This document shows positions 33,601 to 43,296 of a DNA stretch of 64,000 nt, piece after piece. The number at the start of each line of letters is the position of its first letter. Position 1 is the first letter of the stretch. The DNA is from an uncultured Magnetococcales bacterium (GTDB lineage: Bacteria; Pseudomonadota; Alphaproteobacteria; UBA2136; JAPKEQ01): NCBI GenBank assembly GCA_964015495.1, contig CAXHDG010000002.1, forward strand, positions 1,449-65,448, given 5' to 3'. Made by a program: the position numbers and the translations under genes. The notes beneath the pieces were generated by a model. That model ran no database searches, had not been told where the DNA came from, and worked only from the letters and a program-made list of their open reading frames with translations.

Positions 33601-35525
33601 TGCCATGCAGCTTCAAGAGCGCCTGTTAGAATTTTAAGAGATTCAGGATTCTCTAAATTTCCACCAATGCGGCTAGATACACCAAACTCATGCATCCAAA
33701 TAGGCGTAGCATCTTGGCCAACGCGTATGCGGTTTGGCTGTTCGTTGTTTACAAATAGGCCCATGTTATCAAGAATAGGCATAATGTCAGATAGGTTGAC
33801 GCGTTTAGAGTCTCTAAAAACTTTCATGCGTGCTTGGACATTGCTATCACATGGATGGATGCCTACGTGGAACTGCTTTCCTGCACGGACAGCTTCAATA
33901 TCTTTCACATCTTTAGCAGCGATGCTTGCAGGCGTGTTCTCTTTATAGCCTTCTCTAAAGGCTTCTTTATAGGAGATAAAGAGAGAGCTTCCTTTTTGGT
34001 CGCCGTATAGTTTCGCCATTTCAGAACGAAGAGAATCGTCCCAGCTTCTCACGGTTTCAATAATAAGGCGTTCAACAACGTTATCATCTGTATCAATTGT
34101 TGTTGTTTTGGTACGAATTTTAAAGAAGAGGCGTGTGAGCATAGATTCGCCATACGTTGTGGAATACTCAATATCCTCACCGTCGTACGCTTCTAGTAAA
34201 ATGCGAATGATTTTTTTGCGGATGCTGCTGTTCATACGGTCTCTTGGAATAAAGGCCATAACAGTTACAAGGCGTTCTCTGCATTCTCTGCGTGCAAACA
34301 TGCGCACTTTTTGGCGTTCGCTAAGATGTACAATACCGTTAGCAATACGCATAAGGTCTGGCAGTGTAATTTGGAAAAGCTCATCCTTAGGGTATGTTTC
34401 TAAAATGTTGGCAAGCGCTTTAAAGTTATGTGTATCAGAACCTTGATGGGCAGCTTCATCGAGAACCATTTGAATTTTTTGACGCACGATTGGAATTTCG
34501 CGAGCGGGCGTTGTGTAGGCCTTAGATGTAAAGAGCCCCATAAAGCGATGCTCTCCAACAAGAACACCTTTTTTATTATATTGTTTGATCCCGATGTAAT
34601 CCATATCCACACGGCGGTGAATAGGAGATTTAGCAAGCCCTTTTGTGATATTTACAATGTGGCTATCACGCATATTATGGGCAAGGTTAGGTGCAAGGTT
34701 TGCAAAAGCAACAGGTGTTTTTACTGAAGATTCTTCGTTAGACAAAATACCAAGGCCTGTCCCTTTGGTCATGCCAAGGTAATCATCATCTGTTTTGTGT
34801 GTAATATCGTAATGTCTGTACCCAAGAAAAACAAAATTTCCATCAATGAGCCATTTTAGGAATATGGTATCTTCCCTGTTTTCTGTGGTGAGTTTAAGTT
34901 TTTTAGCGTCATATTCGGCAATAATTTCTTGCAGTTTAGCCGTCATTTTAGGGAAATCACGAGAGACAGCGCGTGCTTGGTGCATCACGTTTTCAAGACT
35001 CGTTTTAATATCGCGGAGAAGTTTATCATCTTCAATGCGATCAAATTCAATATGAACAATAGATTCAGGCTGGAAGGTTTGATCTTTATTTGTACCCAGT
35101 CCAACGTCTTTAAAATCTTTAACTTCACCAGAAGGCGTACGTTTAGTTAGAAAAACCGGGTGGAAAGTATGGTGCACATCAAGTCCGCGACGATGAATCT
35201 CTGACCATACGCTATCAACGAGGAAAGGCTGATCCTGCATATGAACTTCAGCAACAGTATGTCTTGTGTATGGAGGGTTGTGAACACGTACAAAAACTTC
35301 GCCCTTCCATGCTGTATTAAATACGCTATATACGCTCTGAATGTGCCCAAGAATGGCTTCATCATTAAGGAAGTCATACTCCATAAGGGGGAGACCTTTA
35401 AAGTAGGTTCCAGCAAAGGTCGAAAGCTCTTTCTTACCTGTGATTTTGGATCTGCTGAGAATGGATTGGCAGTACTCAGTTAGTGCTTGTGGAGGTTTGA
35501 CTGTTTTCAGCGCGGTTTTGCCCAT
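30684..35525 (-). CDS. gdhB: NAD-specific glutamate dehydrogenase, large (~180 kDa) form
   Basis: 1613 aa. Catalytic core [39 protein letters not shown]. The overall length and domain order are typical of the Bac_GDH family. Confidence 0.9.
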   Translation of the reverse strand: [1613 protein letters not shown]

Positions 35526-35666
35526 TGGTGAGCTTCCTTGTTTTTATTATGTGCTTAGCCAGTATACGCGCTCATTGGAGGGCCTATGAAGCAAAATTAC
35601 CTATTTGGCTTAGGTTTCTTTGGTTATTCTCAGGTGGGTGTGTGTCGCGCAGGCCGATTTTAGGCG

Positions 35667-35987
35667 TTAGGCAAGCCTATCAATGGCGTCTTCCATCATT
35701 TCATCCGTCGTTTTCATCACTTCAAGGTTGGCTTTGTAGGCATGTTCAGCAACCTTCATATCCATAATGCCAAAAAGTGGGTCTGATGTATTTTGTGAGG
35801 AAAGGTAAGTTGAGCTATCAAGTGTAATGTCTTCATTAAAAGAAGCAGAAAGCTCATTGGCGCTAGCTGCAAAGCTATCTGTAGTAGCTTTTGCTGCCTC
35901 AGAAAAATCGCGAGAGGATTTTTGAACCCCTCCAGACGCTGTGTTAAGCGCATTAGCGAGGCCGGCTGATTTACTTACGATATCCAT
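35667..35987 (-). CDS. Hypothetical small Ser/Ala-rich protein (106 aa)
   Basis: First of three co-oriented small ORFs separated by 14 and 60 nt. No TM or signal peptide. Low-complexity S/A/T-rich. Confidence 0.35.
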   Translation of the reverse strand: MDIVSKSAGLANALNTASGGVQKSSRDFSEAAKATTDSFAASANELSASFNEDITLDSSTYLSSQNTSDPLFGIMDMKVAEHAYKANLEVMKTTDEMMEDAIDRLA

Positions 35988-36001
35988 AAATGTGCTCTCC
36001 C

Positions 36002-36301
36002 TTAAACCGAAATATTGACTGCAGAGCCTACAGAATCAAGAAGCGCTGTTGTAAGCGATGCTGACGCTGATAGGTTGTTCATGGCATCTGTAATGCTGGA
36101 AGCTGGATCTGTGAGCATTTCAGCGGCTACCATTGCTTCAAGTGAAACCATTTCACCGCTGGCATTTTCAAAAGATAGGCCTTCTGGAATTTGCGGCGCG
36201 TAAGCCTTACTAAAGGCTGCTGTCATGTTAGCTGTTTGGCTAAGCTCCTGTGCGCTGCTTCCCATAATGAGTGCATTTACGTTTGCTGTTATACTATTCA
36301 C
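36002..36301 (-). CDS. Hypothetical small Ser/Ala-rich protein (99 aa)
   Basis: Same operon as above. No recognisable domain. Confidence 0.35.
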   Translation of the reverse strand: MNSITANVNALIMGSSAQELSQTANMTAAFSKAYAPQIPEGLSFENASGEMVSLEAMVAAEMLTDPASSITDAMNNLSASASLTTALLDSVGSAVNISV

Positions 36302-36361
36302 AGAACTCCCCTGTTGTCTGTTTCTACTATACCTTATGGCTCTTACCTATAGAAAAAGCCT

Positions 36362-36727
36362 TTATATCCCTGCCGCCATGATACCAGTCATTTGAGCATG
36401 AGTTGTTAAAATATCGTTTTCTAGCTTAATAGATGCCTCGTATGAGTGGAATATTTGCGCGGGTTGTGTTGTATCTATTGCACCAATTTTCTTGAGTGCA
36501 TCATTTACCTGAATGCTTTCTGCGTCTGGTGTTAAAAAATCTGCAAGTAGAGGGGCAAGGCGATCAGTATCATTGATTGCACCAAACCCAAGTTGGTTTT
36601 CAAAGCCTGCAAACCCATTAGCAACATTCAAAGAATGAATATCAAACTGTGGATTTGAACTAAAAACGCCCATAGATGAAAGCTCCATAGAGCTCATGGG
36701 CATGGCCGGAGCTGCGCCGATCATCAT
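36362..36727 (-). CDS. Hypothetical small protein (121 aa) with a Met-rich N-terminus
   Basis: Same operon. N-terminus MMIGAAPAMPMSSMELSSM. Confidence 0.35.
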   Translation of the reverse strand: MMIGAAPAMPMSSMELSSMGVFSSNPQFDIHSLNVANGFAGFENQLGFGAINDTDRLAPLLADFLTPDAESIQVNDALKKIGAIDTTQPAQIFHSYEASIKLENDILTTHAQMTGIMAAGI

Positions 36728-36862
36728 TATTGACTTCCCCTTATGGTTTTTTATTATCTTCTATTTATGGTGTATACAATTAGTGTTTGTGCTGACATGG
36801 TTGCATTTATCTGTAGATTTCCCGTTGACAGGGTTTCATAAAATGCTGCAAATAGGAGTTAT

Positions 36863-37567
36863 ATGAGTGAAAAGACATACATTTTAGGGTTTGAAACAGC
36901 AGGAGATCAATTCTCTCTCGCTTTGTTACGCTTTGAAAATGAAAAGTATGACACTCTCTTCTCTCATCATGAAATGGCTTACCGCGGTCATGCGGAGCGT
37001 TTGTTACCCGTGCTTGAAAAAGCATTAAAGGAAGCTGGCATTACAAAAAATCAGCTTAGCCTTATTGTTACGGGCAAGGGGCCTGGTTCTTTTACAGGGG
37101 TGCGTGTGGGCCTAAGTGCGGCGCGCGGACTTGGTGATAGCCTGAAAATACCTGTTGCTGCTTTACCTGTATCAGAGGTGATTCTAAAAAGTGTTCAAGA
37201 GCAAACAGAAGCAAAGCGCTATACGGCGTGGCTCACAGCCCATGGTGAGGATGTTTATGTGCAGGCTTTAGAAGAGGGCACTTTATCTGAAATAAGCTGC
37301 ATGAAAAGGTCACAAGCTATTGACGAACTTCAAGGCGGGCAAGTTTTATGCGGAGATGGCATGCTTGAGCACCGTTCATCTGTGCCTGAAAGTGTTGTCT
37401 GTACATCTTTAAGTTATCCGCCTGTTGGCAGATACGTGAATGCTGAAAAACTGACCCGTTACGGCCATGAAGCCTTTTTAAAGGGTGGGGGGCAAGGGTT
37501 AAGCCCGCTGTATGTCAGGGCCCTTTCTTATCAAACAATTGCTGAGCGTGAAGCGCTTAAAAAGTAA
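36863..37567 (+). CDS. tsaB: tRNA threonylcarbamoyladenosine biosynthesis protein TsaB (YeaZ)
   Basis: 234 aa. ILGFETAGDQFSLAL N-terminus (inactive Kae1-like fold). Followed by rimI as in many bacteria. Confidence 0.8.
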   Translation: MSEKTYILGFETAGDQFSLALLRFENEKYDTLFSHHEMAYRGHAERLLPVLEKALKEAGITKNQLSLIVTGKGPGSFTGVRVGLSAARGLGDSLKIPVAALPVSEVILKSVQEQTEAKRYTAWLTAHGEDVYVQALEEGTLSEISCMKRSQAIDELQGGQVLCGDGMLEHRSSVPESVVCTSLSYPPVGRYVNAEKLTRYGHEAFLKGGGQGLSPLYVRALSYQTIAEREALKK

Positions 37568-38013
37568 TGATTCAAACATTAGCGCCATCACATACATCAG
37601 ATATTGCGGCTCTTGATGCGCTGTGCTTTCCAGAAGGGCCATTTTCTGAATCTATAGTTAAGCCTATGTTTAACCTTGAAGGCTTTATTGCTCTGGGTCA
37701 GTACGAGAATGAAAAGCTGATTTGCTGCCTACTTGGCCATACTGTACTTGATGAGGCCGAACTGTGGAGCATTGCAACTTGCCCAAATTACAGAGGAAAA
37801 GGCCATGCGCAAAACATATTTAAAGCTTTTGAAGACCAGGTTAAAAAAAGCAATGTAAAACGCGTGTTCTGGGAGGTGCGCCGTTCTAATAATGGTGCGC
37901 AAAATTTTTATAAAAAGCTTGGCGCAAAGCGTTTTGGGGAGCGAAAAGGCTTTTACACGAGTGAAGATAATTCACCAGCAGAAGACGCACTGCTGTATCG
38001 TCTTGATTTGTAA
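37567..38013 (+). CDS. rimI: Ribosomal-protein-alanine N-acetyltransferase RimI (GNAT)
   Basis: 148 aa. GNAT motif A (YRGKGHAQNIFKAFE). Start overlaps the tsaB stop. Confidence 0.75.
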   Translation: MIQTLAPSHTSDIAALDALCFPEGPFSESIVKPMFNLEGFIALGQYENEKLICCLLGHTVLDEAELWSIATCPNYRGKGHAQNIFKAFEDQVKKSNVKRVFWEVRRSNNGAQNFYKKLGAKRFGERKGFYTSEDNSPAEDALLYRLDL

Positions 38014-38113
38014 TATCATATAGTCCTTGATTTTTGTATGCACTCTTGGTAAATAAGAAGCATAAATTCAACCTATCCTATCTTTTTCTCTTGCCTTAAA
38101 GGGTTTCAACCTT

Positions 38114-39832
38114 ATGACATATTTTCTGAAAATTCGGACCGTTCAGTGCAACCCTGTTGTGGGGGACTTGAGTGGAAACTACGCCCGGGCTATGAAAGCC
38201 TTGAAAAAAGCAGAGGCGGACGGCATTGATATTGTTTTGTTCAGTGAGATGTTTATGACAGGCTACCCGCCTGAAGATCTTTTGCTGAAAGATTATTTTA
38301 TGAAGGATGCCATGAGCATCACGCGCCGTCTTGTGAAAGAAACGGCTGGCATGTCAGTGGCTTTTGTCATGGGTCTGCCTGTGCTGAAGGACGGCTACCG
38401 CTATAATGCTGCATGGTTTGTCCATGAGGGCGATATTCTGAGTGAATATTTCAAAACAGAACTGCCAAACTATGGCGTGTTTGATGAAAAGCGTGTGTTT
38501 GATTCATCGCCTTGTTTTGGTAATCACATTGTATTTAAGGGTGTAAAAATTGGCGTTGCTATTTGCGAAGATATTTGGCATGACCGTATCCCTTTGAAAT
38601 GGGGGAGACGCGAAATTGACCTTATGCTGAGCCCAAACGCTTCGCCTTATGCGCGCAGTAAGCCGAAGGATCGCCTCAAGGTAATTTGGAACGCGGCTAA
38701 AAATGCAGGTGCGCCAGTTGTTTACTGCAACCAAGCCGGCGGCCAAGATGAACTTGTTTTTGATGGTCGCAGCTGCGCGGTGAACCCCACAAGGGCTTTC
38801 CGTTATGCTGTTCAAGGTCTTTCAAAGGCTTGGGCAGATGATGAAACAGATTATCTGTTTGCAAAGGGTAAAATTCGCCCCGTTCAAAAACGCCCCATTA
38901 AACTTTGGTCTGAAGAGGCTGATGACTATATGGGCGCTGTTGTTGGTCTGCGTGACTATGTGGGTAAATCTGGCCTGCAAGGGGTATCTTTTGGTTCCTC
39001 TGGCGGTATTGATAGCGCACTTGTTGCGGCTATGGCTGTAGATGCAGTTGGGGCTGATAATGTTAACGCTCTCATGCTTCCATCGCCTTATTCCAGTGAA
39101 GGTTCGCTTGCTGATGCCATTCAGCTGGCTGCCAATTTGGGCATGCGTCATAATTACGCTGTTAAAATTGGTGGTGCTTATGAACAAATGCAAGGGCAAA
39201 TGTCTGAGCTTCTTAAGCAGGGCTGGGCATTGCCGTTTGGCGGTGTGGGGGATGAAAACCTTCAGCCGCGCCTGCGGATGAACTATATCAACGCCCTTGC
39301 TAATGAACTGTCTGAAAATGGCATTCCTACTATGGCGCTTTCAACTGGCAACAAAAGTGAACTGGCCATGGGCTATTTTACGGCAGGCGGTGACGGGTTT
39401 GGGTTTTATAATCCTATCAAAGACCTGTACAAGATGCGCGTCTATGGGCTCTCTAACTGGCGTAACAGCGCCGAGGCACATGAAATTTTTGGCACCGGTG
39501 GTGAGCGAATTCCGCAAGCCATTATTGACAAAGAGCCTTCTGCAGAGCTGAAACCTGACCAGCAAGATAGTGACTCTTTGCCGCCGTACCCTGTTCTGGA
39601 TGATGTTCTTGAACGGATTATGGAAAAGGGCGAAAACCCTGTCTGTGTTGCACGGGACCCAAAGCATGAATTTGATACTGTGAAATGGGTTTATACCCGC
39701 TTGATGGCAATGGAATTCAAGCGTCGCCTTGGCCCGCTTGGTCCTATTTTGTCTCGTTATGCATTTGACCGTGAGCGCCGCTTGCCGCGCGTGAATGGTT
39801 ATAATTGCTTTGATTATGTTCAATCTGCCTAA
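38114..39832 (+). CDS. nadE: Glutamine-dependent NAD+ synthetase (N-terminal nitrilase/CN-hydrolase domain plus NadE domain)
   Basis: 572 aa. CN-hydrolase domain with catalytic Cys (VAICEDIWH). PP-loop SGGIDSALVAAMA in the C-terminal half. Confidence 0.9.
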   Translation: MTYFLKIRTVQCNPVVGDLSGNYARAMKALKKAEADGIDIVLFSEMFMTGYPPEDLLLKDYFMKDAMSITRRLVKETAGMSVAFVMGLPVLKDGYRYNAAWFVHEGDILSEYFKTELPNYGVFDEKRVFDSSPCFGNHIVFKGVKIGVAICEDIWHDRIPLKWGRREIDLMLSPNASPYARSKPKDRLKVIWNAAKNAGAPVVYCNQAGGQDELVFDGRSCAVNPTRAFRYAVQGLSKAWADDETDYLFAKGKIRPVQKRPIKLWSEEADDYMGAVVGLRDYVGKSGLQGVSFGSSGGIDSALVAAMAVDAVGADNVNALMLPSPYSSEGSLADAIQLAANLGMRHNYAVKIGGAYEQMQGQMSELLKQGWALPFGGVGDENLQPRLRMNYINALANELSENGIPTMALSTGNKSELAMGYFTAGGDGFGFYNPIKDLYKMRVYGLSNWRNSAEAHEIFGTGGERIPQAIIDKEPSAELKPDQQDSDSLPPYPVLDDVLERIMEKGENPVCVARDPKHEFDTVKWVYTRLMAMEFKRRLGPLGPILSRYAFDRERRLPRVNGYNCFDYVQSA

Positions 39833-39837
39833 AAACG

Positions 39838-39872
39838 AAAAAAAATCCCCGCCATGTGGCGGGGATTTTTGT
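39838..39872. terminator. Bidirectional rho-independent terminator
   Basis: AAAAATCCCCGCC-ATGT-GGCGGGGATTTTT between convergent nadE and phoH. Confidence 0.75.
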
Positions 39873-39881
39873 ATGGGTAGC

Positions 39882-40916
39882 TTAAAGTGGACTGCCGTCT
39901 TCTTCTAGCTTCATATCAATCTGGCGATCACGTTCGTCGTAAGCTTGGACAATACGAGAGACAAGTGTTGAGCGCACAACGTCTGCTTCATTGAAGCGAA
40001 TCACTTCAATATCTCTTAGGCCTTCAAGTACGTTTACAGAATCACGCAAGCCGCTACGTTGCCCTTTGCGCAGGTCAACCTGAGACGGGTCACCTGTAAT
40101 CGCTGCGCGGGCATTGTCGCCGAGACGTGTGAGGAACATCTTCATTTGCATATCTGTTGCGTTTTGCGCTTCATCAAGCAGCACAAATGCATTGTTTAGT
40201 GTGCGGCCACGCATGTAAGCAAGTGGTGCAATTTCAATGACGTTCTTTTCAAGAAGCTCTTTAGAGCGATCTGGGCCAATGGTATCTTGAAGCACATCAA
40301 AAATTGGACGCAAATAAGGATCAATTTTTTCTTCAAGGCTACCTGGCAAAAATCCAAGGCTTTCACCAGCTTCTACCACAGGACGTGTAACAATAATTTT
40401 ATCAATTTGTTTAGCAGCTAAAAGGCTCACTGCGTAAGATGCGGCAAGGAAAGTTTTACCAGTACCAGCTGGGCCTACACCAAACACAAGGTGGCTTTGT
40501 TTAAGGGCGTTTACATAAACATGTTGCTGTACGCTTCTTGGGATAATCTTTTTAAGAGGCGTGGCAATGACAGCGTTTTCACCCATAAGGTCTGAAGGGC
40601 GGAGGCGGGAGTTGATGAGACCATCGCTAAAACGAAGGGCTGCTTCAACTTGCGGAGGGCCAACAGTAATGCCATTTTGCAGAAGTTCATAAAGGTCTTC
40701 GAGAACAATTTTAGCCTTATTAGCCTGATCTACATTTCCAAGAATGGCAATTTGGTTACCTTTGGTGACCACTTGGACAGCAAGGCGTTCTTCTATTTGT
40801 TGAAGGTGGGCATCATGCATGCCGCAAAGTTCCTGAAGAAGTCCGTTGTTATCAAACTCAAGCCTGAGTGATTCAGCTTTGCTTTTTTCTTTTTTTTCAG
40901 CATTTTCAGAAGTCAT
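39882..40916 (-). CDS. phoH: PhoH family ATPase (YbeZ-type)
   Basis: 344 aa. GPAGTGKTFLA, IAPLAYMRGRTL, LDEAQNAT, ITGDPSQVDL. Confidence 0.9.
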   Translation of the reverse strand: MTSENAEKKEKSKAESLRLEFDNNGLLQELCGMHDAHLQQIEERLAVQVVTKGNQIAILGNVDQANKAKIVLEDLYELLQNGITVGPPQVEAALRFSDGLINSRLRPSDLMGENAVIATPLKKIIPRSVQQHVYVNALKQSHLVFGVGPAGTGKTFLAASYAVSLLAAKQIDKIIVTRPVVEAGESLGFLPGSLEEKIDPYLRPIFDVLQDTIGPDRSKELLEKNVIEIAPLAYMRGRTLNNAFVLLDEAQNATDMQMKMFLTRLGDNARAAITGDPSQVDLRKGQRSGLRDSVNVLEGLRDIEVIRFNEADVVRSTLVSRIVQAYDERDRQIDMKLEEDGSPL

Positions 40917-41118
40917 ATGGTTTCCTATCCGCTCTGTTTCAAATCATTGAGAAGGGCGCTCTCTCCGATTGTGCTTTTTGATTTTGATATAGTAATTTTC
41001 ACACGAATCGTTGGCTCAATCAACCGTTCATTGCCATCTTGTGTGCGAGTGCTGTGTGTTTGTGCTGCGTGCATTTTCATTTTTTCTTATGTGTTAAGGG
41101 AAAAATGGGGGAGCAGTA

Positions 41119-43296
41119 CTACTTTGTTTGGCTGATAAAAGCGCCATCCCAGTCTTTTGCGGGCGGTGTTTTTTTATAAGACTTAATGCGATCAAGAAAA
41201 AGCTCTTTAAGGGTGTTATGCACTTTAAGAGATTTATAAAGCTTTTCTGCTTTTGCCCAATCTTTGTTTTGGTAGGCTTTAAAGCCTTCTGCGGCTGCTT
41301 TCTGATCGTGAAGCTGATCCTCGCTGACAGTTTCGTCTATGCCGATGAGTTCGTACAGGGCAACAGGTTCTGTTTTTCCTTTTACTGCTACAAGATCAAG
41401 GAAAAGAAACTCTGCTTCTGGCACAACATCTTTTGTGAATGAACTGGCAATTGTAATAACGCCATATTGCTTAGATTGCCCTTCAAGGCGAGAGGCAAGG
41501 TTGACGCTATCTCCCATAACTGTGTAATCAAAGCGCTGTTTTGAACCCATGTTTCCGACGCTACACATGCCTGTGTTTATACCAATACCAACGGCAAGGT
41601 TAGGCAAACCGCGTTCGGTAAGTTCTACGTTAAGCTCTTCAAGACGAAGCTCCATATCGCGGGCGCTTTTACAGGATAAGTAAGCGTGATTTGGCGTATC
41701 CAGTGGGGCATTCCAAAAGGCCATAATAGCATCGCCCATGTACTTATCAATGGTGCCTTCGCTGTTCATAATAATCTCTGTCATGGGCGTTAGGTAATCA
41801 TTTAAAAGGCCGCTGAGCTCTTCTGGTGTAAGTTTTTCAGAAATAGAGGTAAAGCTACGAATATCACTAAAGAGAATTGTCATGTTTTTTTGCTCACCGC
41901 CAAGCTGAAGGCCATCAGAGGATTCGCTAAGTTTTGTGACAAGTTCTGGTGAAAGGTAATGAGAGAAAGCATTACGAATTTGTTTTTTAGAAGCTTCTTC
42001 ACGCGCATATTTAATAAAGTTTTGCATCATAAACATGAAAACAAGAGTTGCCGTTGGCACGGTGGCATCAATTAAGTACCCATAATTTTTAAAAGCAATA
42101 ACACTCACGGAGATACTTGTAAAAAGCATACTTACGGCAACAATACCTGCCCAAATAGATCCAAAACGGTTAACCAGAACAATAAGCAGTATACCGCTAA
42201 TAAGAGTGAAAACCGTTGGGAACATTTCTGACCACCAAGGGCGTTGCAAAAATTCTCCACTGAGGATTGTTTCAAGGGTTTGTTTGTGGATGTCTACGCC
42301 GGGAACAACAGCGTCAAGCGGTGAGGATCGTAAATCAAAAAGCCCTGGTGCAGATGTACCGAGAAAGGCGAGTCCATTATCAAAATAGCCTTCTGGTAGA
42401 CGTTTATTCATAATATCGCTTGCTGAAATGTATTGGTCTCGGCTGTAGTGTTTAAAGCGTGTCCAAATACGCCCGCCCTTGTCGACAGGAATAATAATAG
42501 GTGTTCTGCCAAGCCTAAATCCTGTGAGACCAGCATTTTCCTCAACAAAAGCAAGGTAGGATTTTTGATCCATAGCCACGCGCAGAAGTTCAATAGAAAG
42601 ACTTGGATAAGCATGTCCTTTAAATTCAATAAATGCAGGAACTGAGCGTACGATACTATCTACTTCTGGCACCATATTGAAATGAGCAAGGCCATGTGAG
42701 CTATCCTCAATTTCGGAGATATTACGCGTTACATTTTCTGCGCTAGAGAGCCATTCCCCATAACTAGAAACACCAGATAAACTGACACGCGGCATCATGT
42801 CATCATTGTTGCGGGTTTGTTCTTCAAAGTTAAAGGCTATACCAGCAACCACATTGTAGTTTTGAATGGTTTTTGCAAAAACATCATCATGCTCTGGGAG
42901 GTTTTGAATGGTGCTCTTCTCATCTTTGGAAAGAGGCCAGTTTTTGCTCACAAACTCTGGTGATGTGCGGTCGGGTTCTGCAAATACCATATCAAAAGCC
43001 ATGCCAGAGAGACCGTAGGTTTCAAAGGAGGTTTTCACCAGTTCTGCAAGTACTGTGCGCGGCCATGGCCACTGGCCAATTTCTGAAAGGCTTTTTTCAT
43101 CAATATCAATTACATAAACCGGAAACTCATTATCTGTACGTGGCCATGTTTTTTGGTATTGGTCAAAAACCTTAAGCTGAATCACCTCAATAAGGCTGAT
43201 AGATGTCATTGAAATAGCAAGGCCCGCAAGAAGAATAAGCCAAGGTAAAAATGAAACGCTGGCAGAAAAAAGCTTCTGGAAAAGCCCTTTTACCAT
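41119..43296 (-). CDS. CHASE2-domain membrane adenylate/guanylate cyclase (class III)
   Basis: 725 aa. N-terminal TM, a ~300-aa periplasmic CHASE2-like domain, three TMs, then the cyclase domain (ILFSDIRSFTSISE...KYMGDAIMAFWNAP...NTGMCSVGNMGS...DYTVMGDSVNLASRLE). Followed by a TPR-like tail. Confidence 0.85.
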   Translation of the reverse strand: MVKGLFQKLFSASVSFLPWLILLAGLAISMTSISLIEVIQLKVFDQYQKTWPRTDNEFPVYVIDIDEKSLSEIGQWPWPRTVLAELVKTSFETYGLSGMAFDMVFAEPDRTSPEFVSKNWPLSKDEKSTIQNLPEHDDVFAKTIQNYNVVAGIAFNFEEQTRNNDDMMPRVSLSGVSSYGEWLSSAENVTRNISEIEDSSHGLAHFNMVPEVDSIVRSVPAFIEFKGHAYPSLSIELLRVAMDQKSYLAFVEENAGLTGFRLGRTPIIIPVDKGGRIWTRFKHYSRDQYISASDIMNKRLPEGYFDNGLAFLGTSAPGLFDLRSSPLDAVVPGVDIHKQTLETILSGEFLQRPWWSEMFPTVFTLISGILLIVLVNRFGSIWAGIVAVSMLFTSISVSVIAFKNYGYLIDATVPTATLVFMFMMQNFIKYAREEASKKQIRNAFSHYLSPELVTKLSESSDGLQLGGEQKNMTILFSDIRSFTSISEKLTPEELSGLLNDYLTPMTEIIMNSEGTIDKYMGDAIMAFWNAPLDTPNHAYLSCKSARDMELRLEELNVELTERGLPNLAVGIGINTGMCSVGNMGSKQRFDYTVMGDSVNLASRLEGQSKQYGVITIASSFTKDVVPEAEFLFLDLVAVKGKTEPVALYELIGIDETVSEDQLHDQKAAAEGFKAYQNKDWAKAEKLYKSLKVHNTLKELFLDRIKSYKKTPPAKDWDGAFISQTK

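Noticed and set aside
35667-35987. FliE (flagellar) assignment for the first small Ser/Ala-rich protein
   Set aside because: Only a vague C-terminal resemblance (IMDMKVAEHAY... versus FliE ...VMTDMQKASV...). No flgB/flgC neighbours. The typical FliE C-terminal ...MQV ending is absent.
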